NCBI GenBank assembly: GCA_039680785.1
Contig: JBDKSF010000068.1
Location: 31,922-95,921 of the forward strand
Direction: 5' to 3'
DNA: 64,000 nt
From: Candidatus Cloacimonas sp.
Lineage (GTDB): Bacteria; Cloacimonadota; Cloacimonadia; Cloacimonadales; Cloacimonadaceae
The notes below the pieces were generated by a model. The model did not search any database. It had not been told where the DNA came from and saw only the letters and a list, made by a program, of their open reading frames with translations. The position numbers and the translations under genes are program-made. Below, one piece after another: positions 20,789-30,855 of the stretch; the stretch's first letter is position 1; every line of letters begins with the position of its first letter.

Positions 20789-21385
20789 TCAGTTATCTTG
20801 ATTTGTCGGCTTTTTATTTTGGTAGAGAGCGATAATATCCTCTTCCAAATCTGCTGGAACCATACCTTTAATGCTTTCTCCGTTAAATATTCGCCTTCGG
20901 ATATCGGTTGCGGAAATAGGGCAGAGTTGAATATCCAAAACGGTAGCTTTCAATTGGTTAATAACTTGTGGCAGAAGTGGATAACCGGGGCGTGGGAGAA
21001 TGATGAAAGAGACATATTGTTGTAAATAGGGATAGTTATACCACTTATGCAGATTGAGCAAATTATCGGATCCGATGATAAAAGTAAAATTCACTTCCGG
21101 ATGCAGGTAAAACATTTTTTTCATCAAATCGGCCGTATAGCCGCTACCTGATTTATCCGCATCGGTTATGGCAAAGTTACTATTACACATAATTGCTTTT
21201 TCTACAAGGGCATAGCGTTGTTCAAAAGGAAGTAGGATGGAATTTTGTTTAAAATGATGATTGCCGCTGGGCGCAAATAAAACGCTATCCGCAGCCCGGA
21301 GCTTCAAAATTTCAGTCGCTATATGCAAATGACCCAGATGGACAGGATCAAAAGTTCCGCCCAAAATAGCAACTAAACCCTGCAC
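20789..21385 (-). CDS. nadD: nicotinate-nucleotide adenylyltransferase
   Basis: 'ILGGTFDPVHLGHL', 'FIIGSDNL', 'ISATDIRRR'. Confidence 0.93.
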   Translation of the reverse strand: MQGLVAILGGTFDPVHLGHLHIATEILKLRAADSVLFAPSGNHHFKQNSILLPFEQRYALVEKAIMCNSNFAITDADKSGSGYTADLMKKMFYLHPEVNFTFIIGSDNLLNLHKWYNYPYLQQYVSFIILPRPGYPLLPQVINQLKATVLDIQLCPISATDIRRRIFNGESIKGMVPADLEEDIIALYQNKKPTNQDN

Positions 21386-21386
21386 T

Positions 21387-22121
21387 TTATTTTTCCAATG
21401 CGCTGAACTTTTTAGCTAATCTTTTTGCCTCTTTGGAATCGGGATAGCGAGTTTGAAGTTTAGTATAGCTTTCTTTGGCTTTTTCGAGGTTCTTTTGATG
21501 GAGATGAAGTTTGGCAGAATAGTAAAGCGCTTGACGGTCAATTTCGTTATAATTTCCCAGGGCGGTGATATCGTCAAAATACATTAGTGCGCTGCTATAG
21601 TCCTTCATTTTATAATATAGATAGCCGGTTAAATAGTCCTTCTCCAATAATTTATACTGGCATTTTTGAATATATTCCAGCGCTTTGCCATAGCGAGAAT
21701 CACTTGGATAGCGATCGATAAAAGTTCTGAATGCCTCAATGCAATTTACTGTTTCGGTTTGATCATATTGGGGCGGAAGGGATTCTTCAAACAGACATTC
21801 GCCTTTGCGGAAATAGGCATCGGAGACATTCTCGTGATCGGGAAAAGAACTGATAAATTGTTCATACCGGGCGCGCGCATCGGCAAATTTATTCATCTTG
21901 AAGTAACAATCGGCTACTTTCATTGTGGCATAAGCAGTCGAAGCAGATTTGCGTTCAAAAGATATCTCTTCATAGATAGTCGCTGCCCGAGAATATTTAC
22001 CTTTGGCATATAGTTCATCGGCATTTTTTAACTTTGCCTCCGTGGAAAGCTGGGTTTTGTTACTGCTGCAAGAAAAGAGGCAAAAAACCACTATCGGGAT
22101 AAGAAGGAAGTATTTACGCAC
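21387..22121 (-). CDS. bamD: outer membrane protein assembly factor BamD (lipoprotein)
   Basis: lipobox LFSC, TPR repeats, 'YDQTET..CIEAFRTFIDRYPSDSRY'. Confidence 0.88.
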   Translation of the reverse strand: MRKYFLLIPIVVFCLFSCSSNKTQLSTEAKLKNADELYAKGKYSRAATIYEEISFERKSASTAYATMKVADCYFKMNKFADARARYEQFISSFPDHENVSDAYFRKGECLFEESLPPQYDQTETVNCIEAFRTFIDRYPSDSRYGKALEYIQKCQYKLLEKDYLTGYLYYKMKDYSSALMYFDDITALGNYNEIDRQALYYSAKLHLHQKNLEKAKESYTKLQTRYPDSKEAKRLAKKFSALEK

Positions 22122-22136
22122 AAAAGATTCCTTTTT

Positions 22137-22712
22137 TTAATCAAAATTCCACAGCAGAAAAACCAGTGAACCAATGGCTGCACCGGCGACGATGGGTTCA
22201 AACCAGCGTTTATGTAAAGAGGAAGTGCTGGAATTTTTCTGCTCCGGTAAAGGTAAATTACAGGTGGAGATTTTTTTTACCTGCAAGGAAGGCAGCTCTA
22301 TCTGCCGAATCTCAAAAATGTAAACAGGATAACGCTGAGTTCGATAGGAAAAAAAACTGCTGTGAGTTTCCTCTTGCCAGATAATGTTCATATTTACTTG
22401 AATCAGCAAAGCATTTGTGATGCCATAAGAGGAAAGGTTAATTGCTTTGCCTTCTTCCACAGAGAAAAATAAATCTCCGGTCTCGGATATATTATAACGC
22501 AGGTCTGCTCCCGCTTCGATCAGAAGAGAACTTATTTTTTCAGTTAAAACGGGATTCCAGTCGCCACAATTAATATCCAGAAAAAGCGGCTGCCCAATCG
22601 TAATTTCGGTTGCTATGTTCTGCGCTATTTTATCAAGAGCGGATAACTCTTGAGAAGATAGAAGGTTCGCACTAAGCAAGAGAACCCAAAAGGGCAGCAG
22701 ATATTTAAACAT
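22137..22712 (-). CDS. hypothetical exported protein with C-terminal TM
   Basis: ATG at 22712 (MFKYLLPFWVLL) avoids overlap with the upstream gene; C-terminal 'WFEPIVAGAAIGSLVFLLW'. Confidence 0.6.
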   Translation of the reverse strand: MFKYLLPFWVLLLSANLLSSQELSALDKIAQNIATEITIGQPLFLDINCGDWNPVLTEKISSLLIEAGADLRYNISETGDLFFSVEEGKAINLSSYGITNALLIQVNMNIIWQEETHSSFFSYRTQRYPVYIFEIRQIELPSLQVKKISTCNLPLPEQKNSSTSSLHKRWFEPIVAGAAIGSLVFLLWNFD

Positions 22713-22713
22713 T

Positions 22714-24126
22714 CTATACGGATTGTAAAAACGCCTTATAAGCCAGATAAGTTGAATATAAATCCGCTTTGGAACTAAGTTCATATAGCGAATGCATACC
22801 GATTAAGCCCACTCCGCAATCCAAAACTTCAGCTCCTAAATTGGCTAAAATATAGGCAATTGTGCCACCGCCACCTTCATCAACTTTGCCCAGTTCTCCT
22901 GATTGCCAGAAAACTCCTGCGCTATTGAAAATCCGGATGACTTTGGCTAAAAATTCGGCATTGGCATCGTTGCAACCATACTTTCCGCTGCTACCGGTAA
23001 ATTTGCTGACGCCAATTCCACAATTGAAAAGGACGGCATTTTGTTTTTCGTGCACATTAGGATAATTGGGATCGATGGCTACAGTTACATCTCCACTTAA
23101 TATCTGACTGTTAATAAATGTCTTACGCAAACTATAACTGCCATTGTCCTCTCCCTTGTAGGCAAGAAGATCGGCAACAAAATCACTAATAAATATGCTA
23201 TTGGCGCCGGTATTACCCTGACTGCCCACTTCTTCTCTATCGGAAAGATAAACGATCATCGTGCGTTTTGGCTTTTCCGCAATGTTATTCAGTAAAGCCA
23301 TCAACGCATTATAGGCACTAATGCGATCGTCCTGTCCGTAGCCAACAATCATTGAATTGTCCAAACCACAATTTCTTGCTTTATAGGCAGGGACTAATTG
23401 CAATTCCGCACTTAAAAAATCGGCTTCGGTAATGCCATATTTTTGATTTAACAGCTTGATGGTATATGCTTTAATTGCTTCTTTTTCTTCATTGCCAGGT
23501 TCCTGCATACCGGAAAAAATGAGGTTCATTTTGCTGGCGTCAATTGCCTCACCCAAGTTCTTGGTATATTGTTCTTTATGTGCCAAATGCGGTAAAAGAT
23601 CAGGAATGATAAAGACCGGTTCATCTTCCTTTTCGCCAATGCAAATATTGAGAATGGAACCATCATTTTTAATGACTACTCCGTGCAAAGACAAAGGTGT
23701 GGAAACCCACTGGTATTTTTTGATGCCACCGTAATAATGAGTCCTCATACAACCCAGGGCACTGTTGCCGTCTTCGTATAAAGGATTTTGTTTAAGATCC
23801 ACTCGGGGGGAATCAATGTGGGCTGCAACCATATTAAATCCCTGAGAGAGAGGTTCCGTTCCCAAATAAGCTATTGCCATTGTTTTGTTGCGAAATACAC
23901 TGTAAACTTTATTGCTTCCTTTTTTGCTTAAGGGAGTAAATTTACTTTTTTGCAAGAGTTCCAAAATACAGGCAATTGTTTCTCTTTCCGTTTTTGCCTT
24001 ATTCAAAAATTGAATATATGGTTCGGCATAAGCCATGGCTTTGTTTTGTTCATCCAGAGATGCTTCTTTCCAAAAGTTTTTGCGCTCATAACTGAGTGCC
24101 TCTTTTTGTGTTTTAGTGTTTTTCAT
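22714..24126 (-). CDS. M18 family aminopeptidase (ApeA-like)
   Basis: 'AHIDSPR', 'YYGGIKKYQW', 'GQDDR', 'DREEVGS', 'GMHSLYE'. Confidence 0.92.
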   Translation of the reverse strand: MKNTKTQKEALSYERKNFWKEASLDEQNKAMAYAEPYIQFLNKAKTERETIACILELLQKSKFTPLSKKGSNKVYSVFRNKTMAIAYLGTEPLSQGFNMVAAHIDSPRVDLKQNPLYEDGNSALGCMRTHYYGGIKKYQWVSTPLSLHGVVIKNDGSILNICIGEKEDEPVFIIPDLLPHLAHKEQYTKNLGEAIDASKMNLIFSGMQEPGNEEKEAIKAYTIKLLNQKYGITEADFLSAELQLVPAYKARNCGLDNSMIVGYGQDDRISAYNALMALLNNIAEKPKRTMIVYLSDREEVGSQGNTGANSIFISDFVADLLAYKGEDNGSYSLRKTFINSQILSGDVTVAIDPNYPNVHEKQNAVLFNCGIGVSKFTGSSGKYGCNDANAEFLAKVIRIFNSAGVFWQSGELGKVDEGGGGTIAYILANLGAEVLDCGVGLIGMHSLYELSSKADLYSTYLAYKAFLQSV

Positions 24127-24142
24127 TGCTACTCCTAAATAT

Positions 24143-24622
24143 TTATTTTATTTCTATTATTTTTAATTGTCTATCGCCGATAGGTGCTTTTACAATGGCA
24201 ACATCGCCCACTTTTTTACTTAATAAAGCTCTTCCAATAGGCGAAACCACGGACACTTCTTGAACTCCTTCCTCGCTGTAATAATTTAATTCATCGGCGC
24301 CTACCAAATGATAACAGGTATTTTCATTCGTGCTGATATCTTCCGCTATGCAATAACTACCGAAACGAACTGTGTCCTTGGGAAATTCACTGGTGTCAAT
24401 TACTTTCAAACAGGCACAGCGACGCCTGAGAAAATCAATTTCACTGTCTATGGCTCGCTGCCTTTCGCGGGCAGCTTTGTATTCTGCATTTTCACTGAGG
24501 TCTCCAAATTCACGAGCAACAGTAATGGCTTTAATAACTTCCGGGCGCTCGGCAAGCAAATCATTTATCCTTTGTTGCAGCCGCTGCATACCCGTTTTGG
24601 TGATAAATTGTGTTAAGTCCAA
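24143..24622 (-). CDS. greA: transcription elongation factor GreA
   Basis: 'AREFGDLSENAEYKAARERQ', 'VSVVSPIGRALL'. Confidence 0.93.
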   Translation of the reverse strand: MDLTQFITKTGMQRLQQRINDLLAERPEVIKAITVAREFGDLSENAEYKAARERQRAIDSEIDFLRRRCACLKVIDTSEFPKDTVRFGSYCIAEDISTNENTCYHLVGADELNYYSEEGVQEVSVVSPIGRALLSKKVGDVAIVKAPIGDRQLKIIEIK

Positions 24623-24626
24623 GAGA

Positions 24627-25439
24627 TTAAACAGCTCCTTTCTTCTTTATTAAAATCCGCTGAGCGGTTGTAGCCGCTTTTTTTAAACGCGCATTGCCAC
24701 TTTTTGTCCAAACCTCAATCGGAGTTTCCAAACCAGGAAAATAATCGGTTATGGACGCACAAAGCAATTCCACAATTTGAGGATCACGGCTAATGCCATA
24801 TTCCTGCCAAATTTTTAAGTAATAATCGGGATTAAGCTTAGCCACCGTTTTCAGCATCGTAATATGAATGGATGTATATTCTCCCAAAGGATATAACCAT
24901 TGATGCACAAAATAATTCATTACTTTGGGAACAAGGTCTTCGCGTTTCTTTACCAGCTTAATCAACAAATTCAACGCTGCTTTATGCAAATTGGGCTCTG
25001 AACTGCTGGCGTAATGAAAAACTTTCTCCAGATATTTATCAGGATATTTGCGCAAAAGAGGCAGCATCACTTTGTCCAAAAGAGCGTTGATATCTGCTTC
25101 GGAAGCCGTTGATAATGTTTCATCCAACAAAGGAAGATACACGGAGGGCTTTTTAGGTAGCAGTTTGCTGATTATCTGTGCAAAAGCCAGCTTTCCATAA
25201 TCTCCTTTCTTGTTCCATAAAGCCCTGTAAAAAGGAATATAGGCGTCATGTTTTTTCCCCAGCTGCTGAACTATGTTACTCGCTACATGATAGATAACCT
25301 CCGCTGGAATTTTGCCGTTTACCCTCTCCGGATAAGCAATAAAGATGATTTCAAAATCATAATCTCCATTCGGCAGCTTATTCTTAAGAAAATCCGCAGT
25401 ATCCATATTCAGCCGTTCTTTCCAGTCAATGGTTAACAT
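24627..25439 (-). CDS. HEAT/armadillo-repeat protein (DNA alkylation repair-like)
   Basis: all-helical pattern, C-terminal 'W.KSGNARLKKAA'; in operon with greA. Confidence 0.45.
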   Translation of the reverse strand: MLTIDWKERLNMDTADFLKNKLPNGDYDFEIIFIAYPERVNGKIPAEVIYHVASNIVQQLGKKHDAYIPFYRALWNKKGDYGKLAFAQIISKLLPKKPSVYLPLLDETLSTASEADINALLDKVMLPLLRKYPDKYLEKVFHYASSSEPNLHKAALNLLIKLVKKREDLVPKVMNYFVHQWLYPLGEYTSIHITMLKTVAKLNPDYYLKIWQEYGISRDPQIVELLCASITDYFPGLETPIEVWTKSGNARLKKAATTAQRILIKKKGAV

Positions 25440-25620
25440 CTGTCTCTCCCAATATCACTATTTTTTCTCTGTGTGGCATTAGCTCTTAAAATGCCCTATC
25501 TTGTCAATAGAAAAAAACAATTGCCCTGCAGTAAAGGGTTTTAACTATCTATAAATTGCTGTATTTGGCTATCAATAATGATTTATCCTAAACTAATACA
25601 GTTGCTTCTTTTTTTTAAAA

Positions 25621-25694
25621 TGGCTGGGATGGAAGGAGTTGAACCCTCACATACGGATCCAGAGTCCGCTGTCCTACCATTAGACGACATCCCA
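25621..25694 (-). tRNA. tRNA-Gln(CTG)
   Basis: reverse complement TGGGATGTCGTCTAATGGTAGGACAGCGGACTCTGGATCCGT...GGTTCAACTCCTTCCATCCCAGCCA; CCA encoded. Confidence 0.95.
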
Positions 25695-25706
25695 TTTTAT
25701 ATTTAC

Positions 25707-25781
25707 TGGCTGGGCAGGAAGGATTCGAACCCTCGTATGGCAGGACCAAAACCTGCTGCCTTACCACTTGGCGACTGCCCA
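25707..25781 (-). tRNA. tRNA-Gln(TTG)
   Basis: anticodon arm GCAGG-TTTTGGT-CCTGC; GGTTCGAATCC T-arm; CCA encoded. Confidence 0.95.
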
Positions 25782-25797
25782 GCAAATATTTTATAAC

Positions 25798-25889
25798 TGG
25801 CGGAGAGGCAGGGATTTGAACCCTGGGTGGGCTTTTGACCCACACACGCTTAGCAGGCGTGCACCTTCAGCCAACTCGGTCACCTCTCC
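25798..25889 (-). tRNA. tRNA-Ser(GCT)
   Basis: anticodon arm CACGC-CTGCTAA-GCGTG; long variable arm; CCA encoded. Confidence 0.95.
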
Positions 25890-25911
25890 CAATTTTTTAT
25901 ATAATTCTATC

Positions 25912-25997
25912 TGGCGGAGGATGAGGGATTCGAACCCCCATGGGCATAACCCGGCGGTTTTCAAGACCGCTGCCTTACCTGTTAGGACTAATCCTCC
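25912..25997 (-). tRNA. tRNA-Ser(TGA)
   Basis: anticodon arm GCGGT-CTTGAAA-ACCGC; long variable arm; CCA encoded. Confidence 0.95.
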
Positions 25998-26308
25998 CTT
26001 TGTTATTTTTTCCTTCAAAATTATCGAGGCATTTCTGTCAAGAGCTTTCTGCGGTAAGACCCCTCACAGATTGCAAGGATCTCATAGATTTTGTTTCCCG
26101 CAGATTGCGCTGATTTGGTTGCACGCAGATTACGCAGATTCAAAAAGATAATAGGCCTGGGATGAACAGGATTTTTGGGATTTAAGGGATTTAGTTTTAT
26201 ACACTTAGGATTTTAGGATTGAGATTTAGAAACAAGGATTTAAGGATTTAAGGATTTAGAGGATTTGGTTATATAAACAAGAATATTAAATCGTTGGGAA
26301 TAATGGAG

Positions 26309-26415
26309 GGTTGACTTCCTCGTCAACCACAACAAACAAACTATCAAGCTATCATAGAATAATGCGGAAACTGGATAACTCGGTTGTATGGGGAACGACA
26401 AGATGTCGTTCTTCC
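26309..26415 (-). mobile_element. inverted-REP element, 1 internal unit (107 bp)
   Basis: GGTTGACTTCCTCGTCAACC ... GGAACGACAAGATGTCGTTCTTCC. Confidence 0.6.
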
Positions 26416-26479
26416 TTTAATATTCTATCACAGATTTGGTTATATAAACAAGAATATTGACCCGTTGGGAATAATGGAG

Positions 26480-26623
26480 GGTTGACGTCCTCGTCAACCA
26501 CAACAAACAAACTATCAGGCAATTATAGAATAACGCGGAAGCTGCATAAATCAAGCTTGTATAGAATAAAATGGAAACTTGATAATTCGGTTGTCAGGGG
26601 AACGACGAGGACGTCGTTCCTCC
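26480..26623 (-). mobile_element. inverted-REP element, 2 internal units (144 bp)
   Basis: GGTTGACGTCCTCGTCAACC ... GGAACGACGAGGACGTCGTTCCTCC. Confidence 0.6.
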
Positions 26624-26978
26624 TTTAATATTCTCTCACAGATCTATTTTCGGTGGCTTCGGTGTCCTCGGTGGCTTAAAATAAAAATCCCTTAAATCCC
26701 CAAAATCCTGTTCATCCCAGACCTATTATTTTCACTTCGCCCTGAGCTCTCTGCCCTCTGCAATATAAAATCCTGTTCATCCCAGACCTATTATCCTCTT
26801 ATATCTATGAGAATTGTGGAATCTGTGAGAGGTCTTATTTTTTTCGGTGTTCTCGGTTTTTTCCGTGTTCTCGGTGTAAAATAATCCCTTAAATCATTAT
26901 CATCTAATAAAACAGTTTGTCTGGAACGAATTCTGCATTATCTTATCATAAAAAACATTGCTATGAAAGGATAGTTTA

Positions 26979-28796
26979 ATGCAAAGAATTTTTAAGTTAG
27001 GATTGGCGTTATGTCTGTTTCTAATCCTGTCATCTCTATTTGCTCAAAGTGTTAAATTCTCGTTATCTCCCGCGGTTTTGCAGCCCGGGGAAAAAGGTGT
27101 TATTAAAGCCACTTTAGTTATTCCCGAAGGGAAAAAGCAGACCGTGAACCCCAAAAATCCAGAATATTTTTATTTGGAAGCAAATCATCCCGATCTTATT
27201 TTTGGTAAAGTTATTTATCCTCAGCCGACTATGATTGTTTCTGCAGAGGAATGGAATTATCATCCCAAAGTTACTTTAACATTGCCTTTTACGGTAAAAA
27301 ACACGGCAAAACCGGGTGACAAACAAATCGAGGTCTTGCTAAGTTATAATTTATGTTATGAAACAGGAATGTGCGATCCCCCTGAAGAAACTTCTAAAAC
27401 CCTTTCTTTTCAAATTGCGGCAAGCGAAAATGCAGTAACAACAGAATCCGAAATTGCAGATACAATAAGTAAAAATGAGCCAAGCCAGGCAACTCCTGTT
27501 TCTGAAAAACAAAAACCAGTAGAAAATCCCCCGACAAAGCAATCCCTGGGCGAAATCCTGAAGTATATTCTGTTTGCTTTTTTAGGAGGCATAATTTTGA
27601 ACATCACCCCCTGCGTGCTGCCGATTTTGCCTATCAGGATAATGAGCATAATGAATCAGGCACAGAAAGACAGAACTAAAGTGTTGAATCATACTTTGGT
27701 TTATGCTTTGGGAGTGCTTATTTCCTTTGCCGTGATGGCTGGAATATTCATCGCTTTACAAAAAGCGGGTGAATCGGTAGGTTGGGGCTTGCAAAATCAA
27801 AACCCCGGTTTCGTAGTAACCCTGATGGCAATTGTTTTTGTATTTGCTTTGTCGCTTTTAGGTGTTTTTGAGATAACCGTCCCCGGAATGAATACTGCCA
27901 ACAAAGCAACCGCCAAAGGTGGATATAGCGGTTCTTTTTTTGGAGGTATTTTTGCCTTTTTGATGGCTATTTCTTGTACCGGACCTTTTTTAGGAGCCGC
28001 TTTACCTTTTGCTTTAGCTATGCCACCTGTTTTAATGCTGATTTTCTTCCTCACCATCGGACTGGGTTTTGCGTTTCCTTTTTTGCTGATCGGCTTTTTC
28101 CCCAAGGCATTGAAAATTATTCCCAAACCTGGCAACTGGATGATCATATTCAAAGAAGTGATGGGCTTTGTTTTGCTCTTTATCGTTTATACGCAATTAA
28201 AAACATTGCTGCTTTTAACCGATGGCGAATATTTGATGCAAGTGCTCTGGTTTTTACTTATTCTCGGTTTTGCCAGTTGGCTATATGGCTGTTTTGTAAA
28301 AGTGGAGAACAGCAAACTGATTCAATGGCTGTTTACGCTTATTTCTCTGGCGCTGATTATTTTTGCCGCGGCTACTTATCTTCCGCTTAAAGAGACGAAC
28401 AAAACAGAAATTCAGGCAAACAAAAGTGAACTTATTCCTGCTCCCAATGCCCCAGAGGGTTGGTATGTATTTTCGGAAGATGTTCTAAACAAGGCACTCA
28501 AAGAAAATAAAGCGGTTTTTCTTGACATCGGGGCTGCCTGGTGTAAAAATTGTATGACGAATGAAAAAACCGTCCTTTTTACAGATACGATGATGCAGGA
28601 ATTTAAGCAGAAAAATGTTTTATTGCTCCGGGGAGATTTTACCAAAAAAGATGAGACGCTGCTTGCTTGGATAAAAAAACACGGAAGAGCGGGTGTCCCT
28701 TTCAGTGCATTATACATTCCCGGGCAAGAACCCTATATTTTTGGCGAACTGCTTTCCAAAGAGGATATTTTTAACGCCCTTAACAAAATTCAGTAG
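26979..28796 (+). CDS. dsbD: protein-disulfide reductase DsbD (alpha, beta and gamma domains)
   Basis: alpha CYETGMC; TM-domain cysteines in 'LNITPCVLPILP' and 'ISCTGPFL'; C-terminal thioredoxin AAWCKNC. Confidence 0.85.
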   Translation: MQRIFKLGLALCLFLILSSLFAQSVKFSLSPAVLQPGEKGVIKATLVIPEGKKQTVNPKNPEYFYLEANHPDLIFGKVIYPQPTMIVSAEEWNYHPKVTLTLPFTVKNTAKPGDKQIEVLLSYNLCYETGMCDPPEETSKTLSFQIAASENAVTTESEIADTISKNEPSQATPVSEKQKPVENPPTKQSLGEILKYILFAFLGGIILNITPCVLPILPIRIMSIMNQAQKDRTKVLNHTLVYALGVLISFAVMAGIFIALQKAGESVGWGLQNQNPGFVVTLMAIVFVFALSLLGVFEITVPGMNTANKATAKGGYSGSFFGGIFAFLMAISCTGPFLGAALPFALAMPPVLMLIFFLTIGLGFAFPFLLIGFFPKALKIIPKPGNWMIIFKEVMGFVLLFIVYTQLKTLLLLTDGEYLMQVLWFLLILGFASWLYGCFVKVENSKLIQWLFTLISLALIIFAAATYLPLKETNKTEIQANKSELIPAPNAPEGWYVFSEDVLNKALKENKAVFLDIGAAWCKNCMTNEKTVLFTDTMMQEFKQKNVLLLRGDFTKKDETLLAWIKKHGRAGVPFSALYIPGQEPYIFGELLSKEDIFNALNKIQ

Positions 28797-28817
28797 GTAA
28801 ACTGGCAAAGGAAGATA

Positions 28818-29939
28818 ATGAAAAAGAGTATATACATTCTGCTGCTGATTGTGCTTTTGGGAATATTTTCCTGTGACCGCTTTGAGCATAATTTTCAGCC
28901 CTTGGAACAAGTAAATTTGGAAGCGGAACTTTTCAGCCCTCTGCAAGAGGCATTTAATAATGTCCAACCTGCGGATTTAGCCCCTGTAATGGCTTTTTAT
29001 GCAGAGGATTATAATCACTACGGAAAAAATAAAAGCCAGTGGGAAGCAATGCTGTTCAATATGCTTTCCGGATTATCCAATCCCAGCATTGAAGTTACTT
29101 TGCTTACTGCCGAGCTCCAAAATGAAACCAATGCTTTGGCAAACTGGCGATTAAAGATCAGCGATGGCAATAAAGCCATTATTGCCGATAGTTTATATAC
29201 CGGTGAACGCCTTCGCAAAGACAACGGAAAATGGCTTTTACGCGGAAACCAATGTGGATGCACTCCTGAGGTTCCCACTCAAAAAGTAATAGTAGAATAT
29301 GTTACTAATGTGGGCTGTAGTTATTGTCCCGCCGTGGAAGAACTTTTGCATAATTTAAGTGCGGAATTGGGAGAGAATTTCATTTATATAACGCATCAGC
29401 TATCGGGTCCGGTAGCTATCAACGATCCACTTTATGCTTATTATAGTGCTTTTAGCGCTCCCGTTTCCATTATTCAAGGAAAGCATAAACTGACAAACGG
29501 AACCCAAGCTGTTTTAGATCAATATAATCCGCTGGTGCAAAATGAACTTGCCATTTCCAATCCGATGGATTATAATATTATTAATCCTATCGTAACAGGA
29601 AATTCTATCTCAGGAAGCGTAAAACTTACACCTACTACAGAGAACTTCAGCCAGGAAGAACTCATTTTGAATCTGGCAGTTATTGATCTTGTCTCTACTG
29701 CTAATAATGCCGTCGGCGATCCCCTCACCAATGTTGTTATCGGTAGAAAACGCATAGATATCAGCGCTGTGGATTTAAATAACCCGATCGCTTTTGAATT
29801 CAATACTAATGTTAGCATTCCCAATGATGCCGCTTTAGTTGTTTTTGCCCAAAAAACACCTGCCACTTTTGCCAATAACGCCACAATTTATAGTGGCTTA
29901 CAATATCCCCTCTCGGTTACCAAAGGAGGTTTACGATGA
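28818..29939 (+). CDS. lipoprotein with Omp28-like thioredoxin-fold domain
   Basis: lipobox IFSC; 'VIVEYVTNVGCSYCP'. Confidence 0.65.
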   Translation: MKKSIYILLLIVLLGIFSCDRFEHNFQPLEQVNLEAELFSPLQEAFNNVQPADLAPVMAFYAEDYNHYGKNKSQWEAMLFNMLSGLSNPSIEVTLLTAELQNETNALANWRLKISDGNKAIIADSLYTGERLRKDNGKWLLRGNQCGCTPEVPTQKVIVEYVTNVGCSYCPAVEELLHNLSAELGENFIYITHQLSGPVAINDPLYAYYSAFSAPVSIIQGKHKLTNGTQAVLDQYNPLVQNELAISNPMDYNIINPIVTGNSISGSVKLTPTTENFSQEELILNLAVIDLVSTANNAVGDPLTNVVIGRKRIDISAVDLNNPIAFEFNTNVSIPNDAALVVFAQKTPATFANNATIYSGLQYPLSVTKGGLR

Positions 29940-30427
29940 AAAAGTTGATTGCTGTCCTTGCTGCCTTGCTGTGTCTTTCTTTTGCTTTTGCAGAAGAGAT
30001 GCCCGATTTCAAACTTCCAGATGCCGCAGGCAAAAATGTCACCTTGCAAAACCTTTTGGGAAAGGGTCCCATTCTAATTGATTTTTGGGCGGACTATTGT
30101 CAACCCTGTAAAGAAGCAATGCCCCAGCTGAACACTTTAGCCGAAAAGTATGATTCGCTGACAGTTGTAATGATTTCCATTGATGCTCCCAAAAATCAGC
30201 CCAAGGCAAAGAACTATCTTAAAACCAAAAACTATAAGTTTTTAACTCTTTTTGATGCGGAAAAGACATTGGCCAAAAAACTGGGAGTAGTAAACCCTCC
30301 CCATACATTTATTCTAAATAATCAAGGGCAAATTGTCTATTCTCATCTGGGCTATGAACCGGGTGTGGAAAAAGAATACGAAATCCATATTCGCAGTTTG
30401 TTGGGGCTGCAAACCGAAGCGGAATAG
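29936..30427 (+). CDS. TlpA-family thiol:disulfide oxidoreductase
   Basis: signal peptide; 'PDFKLPDAAGK', 'ILIDFWADYCQPCKEAMP'. Confidence 0.9.
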   Translation: MKKLIAVLAALLCLSFAFAEEMPDFKLPDAAGKNVTLQNLLGKGPILIDFWADYCQPCKEAMPQLNTLAEKYDSLTVVMISIDAPKNQPKAKNYLKTKNYKFLTLFDAEKTLAKKLGVVNPPHTFILNNQGQIVYSHLGYEPGVEKEYEIHIRSLLGLQTEAE

Positions 30428-30509
30428 CATATTTTCACGCAGATTTCGCAGATGGAATAGGTATGGGATGAACAGGATTATGGGGATTTAGAGGATTAAA
30501 AATAATGTG

Positions 30510-30770
30510 TAGACGGCGGACACCGTTCCTCCACAAAAAAGTGGATAGTTTTAGGTAGCGGCGGACACCGTTCCTCAGCAAAAAAGTGGATAGTTTTAGG
30601 TAGCGGCGGACACCGTTCCGCCGAAAAAAAGTGAAAAAGAGAAAAGGTTGAAAAGTGAAACCCGGGGATAGTTTTAGGTAGCGGCGGACGCCGTTCCGCC
30701 GAAAAAAAGTGAAACCCGGGGATAATTTTAGGTAGCGGCGGACGCCGTTCCGCCGAAAAAAAGTGAAACC
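30510..30770. repeat. REP-like family C array (GGCGGAC(A/G)CCGTTCC), 5 copies
   Basis: copies at 30515, 30560, 30605, 30683 and 30737; flank GATAGTTTTAGGTAGC. Confidence 0.88.
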
Positions 30771-30855
30771 CATGGGATATAAAATATCCTGAACTCCTTA
30801 TTTCTAAACCTATATCAGTGAAGTCAGTGAAGTCAATGAGAAAATAATATAAACA

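Larger units (their letters stand above)
26100..26900. repeat. composite intergenic repeat mosaic (same modules as 19380-20590, partly inverted)
   Basis: 26135-26200 is the reverse complement of 20020-20090; AATCCTGTTCATCCCAGACCTATTAT at about 26704 and 26769. Confidence 0.85.

Noticed and set aside
25621-25997. prophage or island attachment site at the tRNAs
   Set aside because: No duplicated tRNA 3' fragment, integrase or foreign genes next to the cluster.
25578-26151. several short ORFs on both strands
   Set aside because: They overlap four clear tRNA genes.
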